A stretch of DNA of 64,000 nt from Alphaproteobacteria bacterium (GTDB lineage: Bacteria > Pseudomonadota > Alphaproteobacteria > CAAHEQ01 > UBA3637), in assembly GCA_045605805.1 (NCBI GenBank), contig JAZUQR010000021.1, positions 49,611 through 113,610 of the forward strand, read 5' to 3'. Shown here piece by piece: positions 54,831 through 63,995 of the stretch (positions within the stretch are counted from its first letter, which is position 1; the number at the start of each line of letters is the position of its first letter). A program made the position numbers and the translations under genes. The notes beneath the pieces were generated by a model that was given only the letters and a program-made list of their open reading frames with translations, made no database searches and was not told the origin of the DNA.

Positions 54831-55157
54831 TTTCTCAATTTCTCTTTTAATTCTTCTGTGATTTGAGTCCGATACTGCGCAAATCCAAATAATCCAGTGA
54901 ATTATTTGGACGCGCAAAGCAATGAGACACGATGAATTCAAACGGTAGTGTAGAATGAATTGATGTCGGAATTGAAAGCAGCCCGCACCATGTGATAAAG
55001 CCCTCAATCAAATGAGGGCTTTTTTGTAAGCCTTTCCACAAGTCCGGTGGCAAGGGAGGCATTTGTGTTGCGCAGACAGGACGCCGTAGGCGGTCCCGAA
55101 TATAATGAGGGATAAATTGTGCGTCAGCCAATTTACATACACCGATTGTTAAAAATC
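54831..55157 (+). repeat. mosaic repeat family, copy A (longest)
   Basis: It shares tttctcaatttctcttttaattcttctgtga.ttgagtccgatactgcgcaaa and gcagcccgcaccatgtgataaag with copy C. It shares cctttcc.c.agtccggtggcaagggaggcatttgtgttgcgcagacaggac with copies B and C, and ttgtgcgtcagccaatttacatacaccgattgttaaaaatc with copy B. Confidence 0.75.
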
Positions 55158-55270
55158 ACCAAAATTCGTGGGGGAATCAGATGGATGATTTGTATAGCCA
55201 GCTTCGTGGTCAACACATCCTTGACATTTTTTTAAAAAATGATAAAATGTTCAGCCAGGAGGATATGATC

Positions 55271-55744
55271 ATGGCGACAATTCATTGTATGTGCGGTTAC
55301 ATCGGTTTTGGAAAAACAACTGTTGCAAGAAAATTAGAAAAGCAATATAACGCGAAACGTTTTACCCCTGATGAGTTGATGATACAACTATATGGAACGG
55401 ATGTAAGTTGCGACTTTATGGATAAAGCAAATCAACTGAATATATATATCTGGAAAGAAATAGAAAAATCTTTGCAACAGAAACAAGATGTGATTTACGA
55501 TGCTGGCTCGTGGAGTATTCAAGATAGACAATATGTTATGCAAATGTCCAAAAAATTGAAAGCAAATGTTGTTTGGCATCAAGTGCAATGTAGTATAGAA
55601 ACTGCCAAAAAACGTACTTTAACAAGAGCACAAAAATTAGGAGAGTTGTCTATTGATGAAAAATTTTTTGATGAAAATTTAAAAAACTATACTCCTATTG
55701 AAACAAAAGAGCACTTAACTGTTGTTTTTCACAAAGGTGACTAA
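55271..55744 (+). CDS. P-loop kinase-like protein (AAA_33/zeta-toxin-like fold)
   Basis: The ATG at 55271 lies 8 nt after AGGAGG. The Walker A motif is CGYIGFGKTT. The product is ~157 aa. Confidence 0.6.
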   Translation: MATIHCMCGYIGFGKTTVARKLEKQYNAKRFTPDELMIQLYGTDVSCDFMDKANQLNIYIWKEIEKSLQQKQDVIYDAGSWSIQDRQYVMQMSKKLKANVVWHQVQCSIETAKKRTLTRAQKLGELSIDEKFFDENLKNYTPIETKEHLTVVFHKGD

Positions 55745-55963
55745 TACAATAAATAATATAAAAGTAGCTAAAAAAATGGGATTTAATACGGTACTATGTA
55801 ATCAAGACAAAAGAATACCAGAAGCAGATTATAGTATGACTCAATCAGAAACACAATTGGCACAATGCATAGAATTTTTTGCCCTTAAGCATGCAAACAA
55901 GTTAACATTTATTCAAGCCCCTCGTTGCGTCAATACTGTTAGATCTTAAAACCTTTTATTTTT

Positions 55964-56221
55964 TTAAACGCTTGGATGTTTGTGTATAACATTGTTAAGT
56001 TGATTCGCAGATAATACGCCGTTCCATCTACCCGTATACAGCTGCAACTCCACATTACAACATTTTTCTAGCCTCGAAGAAATCCTCTTCCATAAACACT
56101 TTTCTTTTGTTGGATCATGTACAATAAAATGAAAAAACTCAACACCTAATTCTGTATAATGATTTAGATATTTCTTTAATAGAGTATCATTTTCGCCAAT
56201 GACTGAACATAAACGAATCAT
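55964..56221 (-). CDS. hypothetical small protein (possibly a gene fragment)
   Basis: 85-aa ORF with a 4-nt overlap on the upstream acetyltransferase gene. I recognise no motif. Confidence 0.3.
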   Translation of the reverse strand: MIRLCSVIGENDTLLKKYLNHYTELGVEFFHFIVHDPTKEKCLWKRISSRLEKCCNVELQLYTGRWNGVLSANQLNNVIHKHPSV

Positions 56222-56775
56222 TTATTTAACTTTCTCACTGGTTTTGCTGGCGCACCATAAGCAAGCGTATTAGCTGGAATATTCTTAGTCACAACACTCC
56301 CTGCACCAATCACTGAGTTAGCACCAATTTTCACGCCACCCAAAATTGTAACATTTGCCCCAATCCAAACGTTGTTTCCAATCTCTATCGGAGCAGCAGT
56401 TTGCCATCCTTCAGCGCGTTCTTTAGGATTAAGAGGATGTGTCGCTGTATACAAACCGACATATGGTCCTACGATGACGCCATTCCCAATTTTAACCAAG
56501 GCCCCATCTCCTATTGATAAATGATGGTTAAAATAACAATTATCGCCGATTTCTGTGGCCTGTCCATAATCTACATTCATTGGAACTTCAAACCAAGTAT
56601 TTTTCCCTAATTTTCTAAACAGTTTTGGTAATAATTCCTCATGTAAGCGCATTGTTTCCTTTGGACCACAAGCATTGACTTCTTTCAGCAAAAATGCGGC
56701 CTCAATTTTTGCTCCTTGCAACTCATCTTCATAACCTTTGTAGCGAACTCCACACTTTATCGGTAATTTTGTCAT
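56218..56775 (-). CDS. maltose/galactoside O-acetyltransferase-like (LbH) enzyme
   Basis: The ATG at 56775 follows AGGAGG. It has an Maa/LacA-type N-terminal helix region and hexapeptide repeats IGNNVWIGANVTILGGVKIGANSVIGAGSVV. Confidence 0.85.
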   Translation of the reverse strand: MTKLPIKCGVRYKGYEDELQGAKIEAAFLLKEVNACGPKETMRLHEELLPKLFRKLGKNTWFEVPMNVDYGQATEIGDNCYFNHHLSIGDGALVKIGNGVIVGPYVGLYTATHPLNPKERAEGWQTAAPIEIGNNVWIGANVTILGGVKIGANSVIGAGSVVTKNIPANTLAYGAPAKPVRKLNK

Positions 56776-56974
56776 CAAGACCTCCTTTTTAGGAAATTAT
56801 ATATCAAAATGAATCAATTAGCAATATGAGTTTCAAAGTGATATTAAGAAAAAGCAAATCCCTCGTCAAGCGACAAGGGAGATGTGATAAAAAGGGGAGC
56901 TGTCTTCAAGGTGTATTTATAGGGTGGATTGGTTTAACATTGTCTCCAGCTGTTCCTTACTCACACCATTTTTG

Positions 56975-57093
56975 TAAAAGATGTTCTCCAAAGCACTAAC
57001 CCTATGTTTAAGTGTGGCAAGTTCTGCCTCTAACTTTTGAACACGCATGGTTAGTTCCTGATTAGATAGGACTAAATCAGTTCGTTCATTGAC
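56975..57093 (-). pseudogene. 3'-end remnant of a paralog of the island wHTH/coiled-coil gene
   Basis: About 120 bp match 32946-33063 with ~5 mismatches by eye. No matching 5' part exists, because the MccF-like gene RBS follows directly. Confidence 0.55.
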
Positions 57094-57140
57094 AAATAAA
57101 GTAAAAGAATGTAAAATATTTCAAAATCCAAGGAGGGAAC

Positions 57141-58217
57141 ATGAAAACACTGATAAAACCAAAAGCATTAAAAACGGGTGATACCATTGCCAGTATTTCT
57201 TTGTCATCTGGAACTGCTGGTTTATTTCCAAAACGGTATGAACAAGGCGTCAAACAAATTGAAGAATCCTTTGGGGTAAAAGTTATTCCTACACCGCATG
57301 CCCTTTGTTCCCCTGAAGAAGTTTATGAACATCCAGAATGGCGATTGGCGGATTTTATGTGGGCTTTTGAAAATCCTGAAGTGAAAGGTATCTTGTCTAA
57401 TATTGGCGGAGATGATACCCTTCGTATGTTACCTTTAATGAACGAAAAGCACTTTGAAACCATTTATAATAATCCCAAAATTTTTATGGGACTGTCAGAC
57501 ACAACGGTCAATCACATGATGTGTTTGAAAGCTGGTCTTACAAGTTTTTATTCCCCATCCTTGCTGTTTGGCTATGCAGAAAATGGGGGGATTCCTGACA
57601 TTATGGTAGAAAATACAAAGAAAACTTTATTTTCAACCACCCCTGTGGGAATCTTGCCCGAAAGTAAAGAATTCATTGTAGAAAATGTAGATTGGGGATT
57701 AGACAGTCCCCCTATGCGTGAAAGGATTCCTTCAACTCCATGGCGTTATATTCAAGGAGATTCCGTTGTCTGTGGCCCCTTGATTGGTGGATGTGCAGAT
57801 GTTATGATGAATACAATTATTGGAACAAAGTTGTGGCCAGAACTGGATGATTTTAACAATGCTATTTTGTTCTTGGAGGATTCTGAAGAACAACCGCCTG
57901 CGGATTGGGTACTGTATTGGATGAGAAATCTGGGGGCTCAAGGTATTTTGGAACGATTGTCAGGACTTTTATTTGCCCGTCCTGGAAATGCTCGCTTTCA
58001 AAATAAAGAAGAAGAACAAAAGTGGTTGGCTAAATATCCTGAATTTGATAAAGCAATCTTAAAAGGATTGAAAGAGTTTGGCAGAACAGATTTACCTGTC
58101 GTCACCAATATGGATTATGGACATACCTTGCCGCAACTCATTCTTCCCTATGGTGTTATGGCTGAAATTAATCCACAGAAGAAAACTGTTTCACTGCTGG
58201 AAAGTGGTGTGATATAA
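57141..58217 (+). CDS. S66-family LD-carboxypeptidase (MccF/LdcA-like)
   Basis: 358 aa with the nucleophile motif GLSDTT, acidic LEDSEE, and C-terminal DYGHTLP. Confidence 0.8.
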   Translation: MKTLIKPKALKTGDTIASISLSSGTAGLFPKRYEQGVKQIEESFGVKVIPTPHALCSPEEVYEHPEWRLADFMWAFENPEVKGILSNIGGDDTLRMLPLMNEKHFETIYNNPKIFMGLSDTTVNHMMCLKAGLTSFYSPSLLFGYAENGGIPDIMVENTKKTLFSTTPVGILPESKEFIVENVDWGLDSPPMRERIPSTPWRYIQGDSVVCGPLIGGCADVMMNTIIGTKLWPELDDFNNAILFLEDSEEQPPADWVLYWMRNLGAQGILERLSGLLFARPGNARFQNKEEEQKWLAKYPEFDKAILKGLKEFGRTDLPVVTNMDYGHTLPQLILPYGVMAEINPQKKTVSLLESGVI

Positions 58218-58287
58218 TTATTTGATTCCAAAAATGAATCACGGGGGGATAAATACCTTTATAATCAGTGGTGGAACACTAAAAAAA

Positions 58288-58445
58288 TGTGATAAAGCCT
58301 TTCCACGAGTCCGGTGGCAAGGGAGGCATTTGTGTTGCGCAGACAGGACACAAGAGACAATCCCGAACAAAGCGAGGGATAAATTGTGCGTCAGCCAATT
58401 TACATACACCGATTGTTAAAAATCGCAAATTATCGGACTCTTAAA
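58288..58445 (+). repeat. mosaic repeat family, copy B
   Basis: See copy A. It begins at tgtgataaagcctttccacgagtccggtggcaaggg and ends at aattatcggactcttaaa. Confidence 0.75.
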
Positions 58446-58455
58446 TCAAAAAATA

Positions 58456-58484
58456 ACCTCTACCCGAATAATGGTAGAGGTTTT
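58456..58484. terminator. bidirectional terminator hairpin
   Basis: acctctacc-cgaataat-ggtagaggt is flanked by an A-run on one side and a T-run on the other. It sits between the convergent MccF-like and DUF805 genes. Confidence 0.5.
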
Positions 58485-58499
58485 GAAAGAGATTCAATA

Positions 58500-58985
58500 C
58501 TATCCTATCTTTTGTTCCAAAGGATCTGGACCATACTTATTCGGCCCTTTTGTTCCTTTAACAAATAACTGAATTAAAGACAATAGAGCAAAACCCCATT
58601 GTGCATAATCGTGAATATATGCAACTGTTAGGAAAAGCTCCATTTGTTTTGTTAATAATGCAAGCAAATAAAAAAATGGTAGGATAGAACAAGCAAATGT
58701 GATCAAACACATCCAACCGGATAAGTTCAAGTCGTGCCATCTTTTAACACATACCATTAGATATTTCCAATAGAGATACCCTGCCCACGCTATAAACAAT
58801 ATACCAACAGCAATACCAGCAAATTCTCCTACCATTCCTGATACAAAACCAGAAGTAAATGTTCCAAACAATAAAACTAAGAAAGTATATACGAATATGC
58901 ATATAGAACTTATTAAATACTCTTTTCTATTGACACGTCCAACAGGACTATTAGGCTTTCCCCATGCGGGATTATCTTTAGACAT
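58500..58985 (-). CDS. DUF805-family inner membrane protein
   Basis: RVNRKEYL near the N-terminus, the KRWHDLNLSGW motif, and 4-5 TM segments. Confidence 0.75.
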   Translation of the reverse strand: MSKDNPAWGKPNSPVGRVNRKEYLISSICIFVYTFLVLLFGTFTSGFVSGMVGEFAGIAVGILFIAWAGYLYWKYLMVCVKRWHDLNLSGWMCLITFACSILPFFYLLALLTKQMELFLTVAYIHDYAQWGFALLSLIQLFVKGTKGPNKYGPDPLEQKIG

Positions 58986-59054
58986 TTTACAACTCCTTTT
59001 TTAAGATTAAACACATATCCATGTAATCATAAATTAGAAATTATGTCAACACCT

Positions 59055-59215
59055 TTCTCAATTTCTCTTTTAATTCTTCTGTGAGTTGAGTCCGATACTG
59101 CGCAAAGCAGCCCGCACCATGTGATAAAGCCTTTCGCCAAGTCCGGTGGCAAGGGAGGCATTTGTGTTGCGCAGACAGGACGCCGTAGACGGTCCCGAAC
59201 AAAGCGAGAGATAAA
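59055..59215 (+). repeat. mosaic repeat family, copy C
   Basis: It is collinear with copy A but lacks two internal segments (~95 bp and ~30 bp) that copy A has. Confidence 0.75.
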
Positions 59216-59280
59216 AATGAGTTGACATATGTTGAGCATACAATATAATAAATTGAAACAATGCAACACAAGGTATCACC

Positions 59281-61461
59281 ATGGCAAAATCTACTTTTGA
59301 TCAAATTAAAAAACAAAATGGAGAACGATTTGCAAAGGCTATTCGTGCCTACGATAACGGCATTTTTGATATCCCGAATATTGTAGAAATACTAAAATAC
59401 GCAGGGTCCGAAGCCGAACCCATTATGCAGTATTTAGTTTCATTAAAAAACATTAAAATTGAAGAACACGCCGTTCACAAGGACCCAATAACACTGCTTT
59501 CAGAAGCTGGATATGATGCCTATTATGCTGATACATTGGAAAAGCAAAATGCCATTCAAAAGTATTATACCCCAAAAGAGGAATTATGCACTTTTAGAGA
59601 TCCAACCCGATTTGTGAGATATTTTATCATCAACGCAATCAAAAAAGATGTAGCCAACATTAAAAGAGAAGATTTTAAGGGAAAAGAAAAAAGGGAAGAT
59701 CAATATGGAACATCAGTTCTGTCTATCCAAATCTTAAAAAACGGTGGTTTTATATCCATCAAAAATCGCTATAACCACACCATTGAAAATCCAGATAATA
59801 CTTTTAATTCAAATCCTGACAACATTATCTATGGATTGTCCGATGCGATTAAACATCATTTTCATGTTGATTTTTCTGCAAAAGAAACACCGTTACCGGA
59901 CAATTTTATAGCGTTAAATGATAAAATCATACGTTTTAATTTTGAACAAGACGACATCTATTTTGGGGATAATTTTTATGTAAAAAATGGAATAATTCAC
60001 CCCATAGATCGTGATAAAGAATTGTTGTTGGATTCTTTTCTTTTTAATACAAAAACCAAAGAGATTAAAAATATATCTTCCTCTCATACAGACTCATTGC
60101 CTGATGTGTTAATGAACGAAATCAAAAACAAGAAAATTCAAATAACAAAAGCCCCTCTGAAACCCGATGGGAAATCGGCTTATTGGGTAAAAGCTGATAA
60201 CATACCAATTATCCTTGTTCAAGACGGACGAATAACCGAACTAAATCTCCCCAACACAACACAAATAAAAGATAATTTTGCCCTCTGTTGCCACCAGATA
60301 ACAAAATTGACCGCCCCCATATTAAAAAAAATAGGAAACCATGTCTTAGAAAATTCTTACATTGAAGAGTTAAATATACCACAAATACAACATATTGGTT
60401 CCTATTCTTTGAGACAAATCTATGCAGAAAATGTAGAATTATTAAATTTAGAAAGTATAGGAGATTTTTCTATGGAAAACTTCACAGGACAATCTCTTTA
60501 CATGCCTTGCTTGAAAAAGGCAGGAAACTGTTTTCTTTGCTTGGCACCAGATCTAAAAAATTTAGATGCCCCTCTTCTGACAACGCTTAAAAAAGAAAGT
60601 CTTCAGCATACTGAATTACAAAAACTTTATCTTCCTTCACTGATTTCAACAGAAGACGATGTTCTGAGATACAGCTCGTATTTGGAAACATTGGATTTTC
60701 CAAAATTACAAACCTTAGGCAATCAATGTTTATATGACTGTAAGAAGTTAACAACCTTAAATGCGCCCTCGTTAAAAGAAGTGGGAGACGAATGTTTTTT
60801 CCACTCGCCCAAACTTCAAACACTCAATTGTCCTAATTTAGAAAAAGTGGGAACTTATTTTTTACACTCTAACAGCGCACTAAACAACCTCTCTCTGCCG
60901 GCATTAAAACAAGCAGAGGCATATTTTCTGCGCACGAATCATTTATCAACATTGGATTGTCCACAATTAGAAGTGATAGGAAATGACAGTTTATCTAACA
61001 GCAATAACTTATACTCTATCAACTGTCCAAAGTTGAAAGAAGTAGGACAAAACTTTTTGCGAAAATGTGGCAAAGAAGAAGAGTCGTATCTTATAATAGA
61101 CGATACCCCCAAATCACCAACAACAGCAATGCCTAAATTAAAACACCTAAGTCTGCCCAATCTACATAAAGTTGGAAAAGGTTTTCTTGAATACAATGTG
61201 GAACTAGAAACCTTGAATGCGCCCCTTCTAAAAAAAGCAGATATAAGTTGCCTGAAAAGCAATGATCATTATCAAACAAATGCTCCGGCATTGAAAACCA
61301 ACCTTCCAACAAATCGTCATTTAACATTGACCAACATTTTAGAGTCGGCTCCACCCAATCAGCCTCATCCAAACCCAACAAAAGAAATCACAAATACACA
61401 AAAAACCAAAGGCTATGTACAACACATTCAAAAAAATAGCAAAAGAGAGTACAGAGTATAA
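59281..61461 (+). CDS. large leucine-rich-repeat protein (BspA-type LRR array) with unassigned ~330-aa N-terminal domain
   Basis: 726 aa. The C-terminal half is ~22-23-aa repeats such as LNAPSLKEVGDECFFHSPKLQT, LNCPNLEKVGTYFLHSNSALNN and LSLPALKQAEAYFLRTNHLST. Confidence 0.8.
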   Translation: MAKSTFDQIKKQNGERFAKAIRAYDNGIFDIPNIVEILKYAGSEAEPIMQYLVSLKNIKIEEHAVHKDPITLLSEAGYDAYYADTLEKQNAIQKYYTPKEELCTFRDPTRFVRYFIINAIKKDVANIKREDFKGKEKREDQYGTSVLSIQILKNGGFISIKNRYNHTIENPDNTFNSNPDNIIYGLSDAIKHHFHVDFSAKETPLPDNFIALNDKIIRFNFEQDDIYFGDNFYVKNGIIHPIDRDKELLLDSFLFNTKTKEIKNISSSHTDSLPDVLMNEIKNKKIQITKAPLKPDGKSAYWVKADNIPIILVQDGRITELNLPNTTQIKDNFALCCHQITKLTAPILKKIGNHVLENSYIEELNIPQIQHIGSYSLRQIYAENVELLNLESIGDFSMENFTGQSLYMPCLKKAGNCFLCLAPDLKNLDAPLLTTLKKESLQHTELQKLYLPSLISTEDDVLRYSSYLETLDFPKLQTLGNQCLYDCKKLTTLNAPSLKEVGDECFFHSPKLQTLNCPNLEKVGTYFLHSNSALNNLSLPALKQAEAYFLRTNHLSTLDCPQLEVIGNDSLSNSNNLYSINCPKLKEVGQNFLRKCGKEEESYLIIDDTPKSPTTAMPKLKHLSLPNLHKVGKGFLEYNVELETLNAPLLKKADISCLKSNDHYQTNAPALKTNLPTNRHLTLTNILESAPPNQPHPNPTKEITNTQKTKGYVQHIQKNSKREYRV

Positions 61462-61516
61462 TCCATTCAACCATAAAACAAAAAAAAGCCTTGAACAATC
61501 AAGACCTTTTAAGAAA

Positions 61517-61603
61517 TGGTGCCCAGGAAGGGACTCGAACCCCCACTCCTTTGACAGAACCAGCACCTGAAGCTGGCGCGTCTACCAATTTCGCCACCTG
61601 GGC
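61517..61603 (-). tRNA. tRNA-Leu (anticodon CAG), long variable arm, CCA-encoded
   Basis: The reverse complement is GCCCAGGTGGCGAAATTGGTAGACGCGCCAGCTTCAGGTGCTGG...GGGGGTTCGAGTCCCTTCCTGGGCACCA. It has acceptor GCCCAGG/CCTGGGC, anticodon stem CCAGC/GCTGG with loop TTCAGGT, and T-loop TTCGAGT. Confidence 0.92.
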
Positions 61604-61658
61604 AATAACCATATCTTACCTTAAATCACACCAAAAGTCAAGCACATTTTCCACACCT

Positions 61659-63995
61659 TTATTTTCCTTTTGAAAGAGGTTTCACCAAAGCCTGAGCCAA
61701 CACTTCTTCAATATGACCAACCAAAACAATGTTCAAACTTTGCTTCACATTTTGTGGCAACTCGTCCAAATCATTTTTGTTTTCTTTGGGAATGAACACC
61801 GTCTGAATACCAGCACGCAAAGCACCCAACAGTTTTTCCTTCAAACCACCAATGGCCAAAATCCGCCCCCGCAAAGTAATTTCTCCGGTCATAGCCACCT
61901 GTTTTTTCACAGCAATACCTGTTAAAGCAGATACTAAGGCTGTAATAACAGCCACACCACTGGATGGCCCTTCCTTAGGTTGCGCCCCTTCTGGCACATG
62001 AAGGTGAATATCCTGCTTGTTCAGTTTATCCTCAACAATACCGAATTCGTCTGCATGAGCCCGCACATAGGAACGCCCTGCTTCCACCGTTTCCTTAAAA
62101 ACATCCCCCAATTTACCGGTCAGCATAATCTTGCCCGTTCCAGACATGGTTAAAACTTCATGGGGCATAATACCACCGCCCACCTCCGAATAGTACAGGC
62201 CGTTGCACACACCGACTTGATCTTCTTTATCCGCCACACCAAAGAAATGACGAGGCACACCGGCATATTTTTTCACATTTTTGGAAGTAATCACCACACT
62301 ACCAACAGATTTGGTTTGAATCTCTTTCACAACCTTTCGGGCAATCTTGGCAATTTCTCTTTCCAATTGGCGCACACCGGATTCCATAGTATAAGAACGA
62401 ATCAGCTCTAACACAGCGGCCTCATCAAAACTCAATTCACCTGACTTTAATCCGGCCAATTCCAATTGTCGAGGAATCAAATGACGCTTGGTAATTTCTA
62501 CCTTTTCATCTTCTGTATAACCCGACAAACGAATCACTTCCATCCGATCCAACAAAGGACTTGGCATCCGAGAAACATCATTGGCAGTACAAATAAACAT
62601 CACATTGGATAAATCATAATCCACATCCAAATAGTGATCAGAAAAAGTTTTGTTTTGCTCGGGATCCAACACCTCCAATAACGCAGAGGCAGGATCACCC
62701 CGATAATCATTGCCAACTTTGTCAATTTCATCCAATAAAAACAGCGGATTGATATTGCCAGCCTTTTTCATACTTTGCACAATCTTCCCCGGCATCGCCC
62801 CAATATAGGTGCGTCTGTGGCCACGAATTTCGGCTTCATCATGCATACCGCCCAAACTGGCCCGAACAAAAGTCCGCCCTGTTGCCCGTGCAATAGATTG
62901 CCCCAAACTTGTTTTACCAACCCCCGGAGGGCCAATCAAACATAAAATAGACCCCTTCACATGACCGGTTCGTTTTTGAACAGCCAAAAACTCCAAAATA
63001 CGTTCTTTAACCTTGTCCAAGCCATAATGATCTTCATCTAAAATCTTTTCGGCCTGTTTCAAATCAAGTTGCAATTCCTTTTGTTCGGCCCAAGGTAAAG
63101 CCACCAACCATTCAATATAGTTGCGAATGACACCGGCTTCAGCCGACATATTCCCCATAATCCGCAATCGTTTTAATTCGGCCAACGCCTTTTCCGTTGC
63201 TTCTTGTGACATTTTGGCTTCTTTGATTTTTTTCTCTAATTCCCCAAACTCACTGGCATCATCAGCCGAATCACCCAACTCTTTTTGAATGGCCTTCATC
63301 TGTTCATTCAAATAGTATTCTCTTTGGGATTTTTCCATCTGTTTTTTCACCCGTTTGCGAATGTTTCTTTCCACATTCAAAACTTCAATTTCCTTTTCCA
63401 TAATCCCAAACAAAGCCGATAAGCGTTCCGTTAAAAAAACAGTTTCCAAAAGTTTTTGCTTTTCTTCAGCCTTAATAACCAAATGGGTGGCCACAACATC
63501 AGCAAACCGAATGGGGTTTTTCACATTCAACACAGCCGTAATAATTTCAGGCGAAACAACACCGGACAGTTGAATATATTTTTCAAACTGATCCATCACC
63601 GAACGCATCAAAGCATCCACTTTGGTGGCATCTTCGTCTTTTTCCGGCATAGAGGCCGCATGAGCTTCAAAATAAGGTTCGTCTTGAGTCCAATCCATTA
63701 CACGAGCCCGATTGGTCCCTTCCACCAAAATCTTAATTGTCCCATCCGGCAACTTTAAGAGCTGTAAAACATTCGCCAAAGTCCCCACACGATATAAATC
63801 ACCTGTATGTGGCGTATCCATTTGTGAATCTGTCTGAGCAATCAAAAGAATCTGTTTTTTTTCACTCATCGCATGTTCCAAAGCGGCAATAGACTTGTCA
63901 CGCCCCACAAACAACGGTACAACAACCCCCGGGAACACAACAATATCCCGCAAAGCCAATACAGAATAAATACCATCAACAGCTTTTTCTACCAT
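61659..63995 (-). CDS. lon: ATP-dependent Lon protease
   Basis: 778 aa with an N-terminal LON domain (LALRDIVVFPGVVVPLFVGR), Walker A GPPGVGKTS and the catalytic Ser motif PKEGPSSGVA. Confidence 0.95.
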   Translation of the reverse strand: MVEKAVDGIYSVLALRDIVVFPGVVVPLFVGRDKSIAALEHAMSEKKQILLIAQTDSQMDTPHTGDLYRVGTLANVLQLLKLPDGTIKILVEGTNRARVMDWTQDEPYFEAHAASMPEKDEDATKVDALMRSVMDQFEKYIQLSGVVSPEIITAVLNVKNPIRFADVVATHLVIKAEEKQKLLETVFLTERLSALFGIMEKEIEVLNVERNIRKRVKKQMEKSQREYYLNEQMKAIQKELGDSADDASEFGELEKKIKEAKMSQEATEKALAELKRLRIMGNMSAEAGVIRNYIEWLVALPWAEQKELQLDLKQAEKILDEDHYGLDKVKERILEFLAVQKRTGHVKGSILCLIGPPGVGKTSLGQSIARATGRTFVRASLGGMHDEAEIRGHRRTYIGAMPGKIVQSMKKAGNINPLFLLDEIDKVGNDYRGDPASALLEVLDPEQNKTFSDHYLDVDYDLSNVMFICTANDVSRMPSPLLDRMEVIRLSGYTEDEKVEITKRHLIPRQLELAGLKSGELSFDEAAVLELIRSYTMESGVRQLEREIAKIARKVVKEIQTKSVGSVVITSKNVKKYAGVPRHFFGVADKEDQVGVCNGLYYSEVGGGIMPHEVLTMSGTGKIMLTGKLGDVFKETVEAGRSYVRAHADEFGIVEDKLNKQDIHLHVPEGAQPKEGPSSGVAVITALVSALTGIAVKKQVAMTGEITLRGRILAIGGLKEKLLGALRAGIQTVFIPKENKNDLDELPQNVKQSLNIVLVGHIEEVLAQALVKPLSKGK

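Noticed and set aside
54860-55000. Whether the gagtccgatactgcgcaaa...gcagcccgcacca blocks of repeat copies A and C are an intact tRNA or tmRNA gene.
   Set aside because: I could not draw a T-arm or acceptor stem, because the flanks of TCCGATA are not complementary. Copy A has ~95 bp inserted in the middle. I treat these blocks as remnants only.
54819-55131. Minus-strand ORFs 54819-55007 and 54847-55131, and the similar ORFs at 59027-59316 (peptides such as RDRLRRPVCATQMPPLPPDL).
   Set aside because: They lie entirely within the multi-copy mosaic repeats. Similarity among copies is at the DNA level and includes indels that break the frames. There are no RBS or start contexts.
55722-55949. A 75-aa ORF whose NNIKVAKKMGFNTVL segment resembles the C-terminal end of HAD hydrolases.
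   Set aside because: It is too short and has no N-terminal HAD motifs. It overlaps the kinase gene end. At best it is a gene fragment, and the evidence is not enough to call it.
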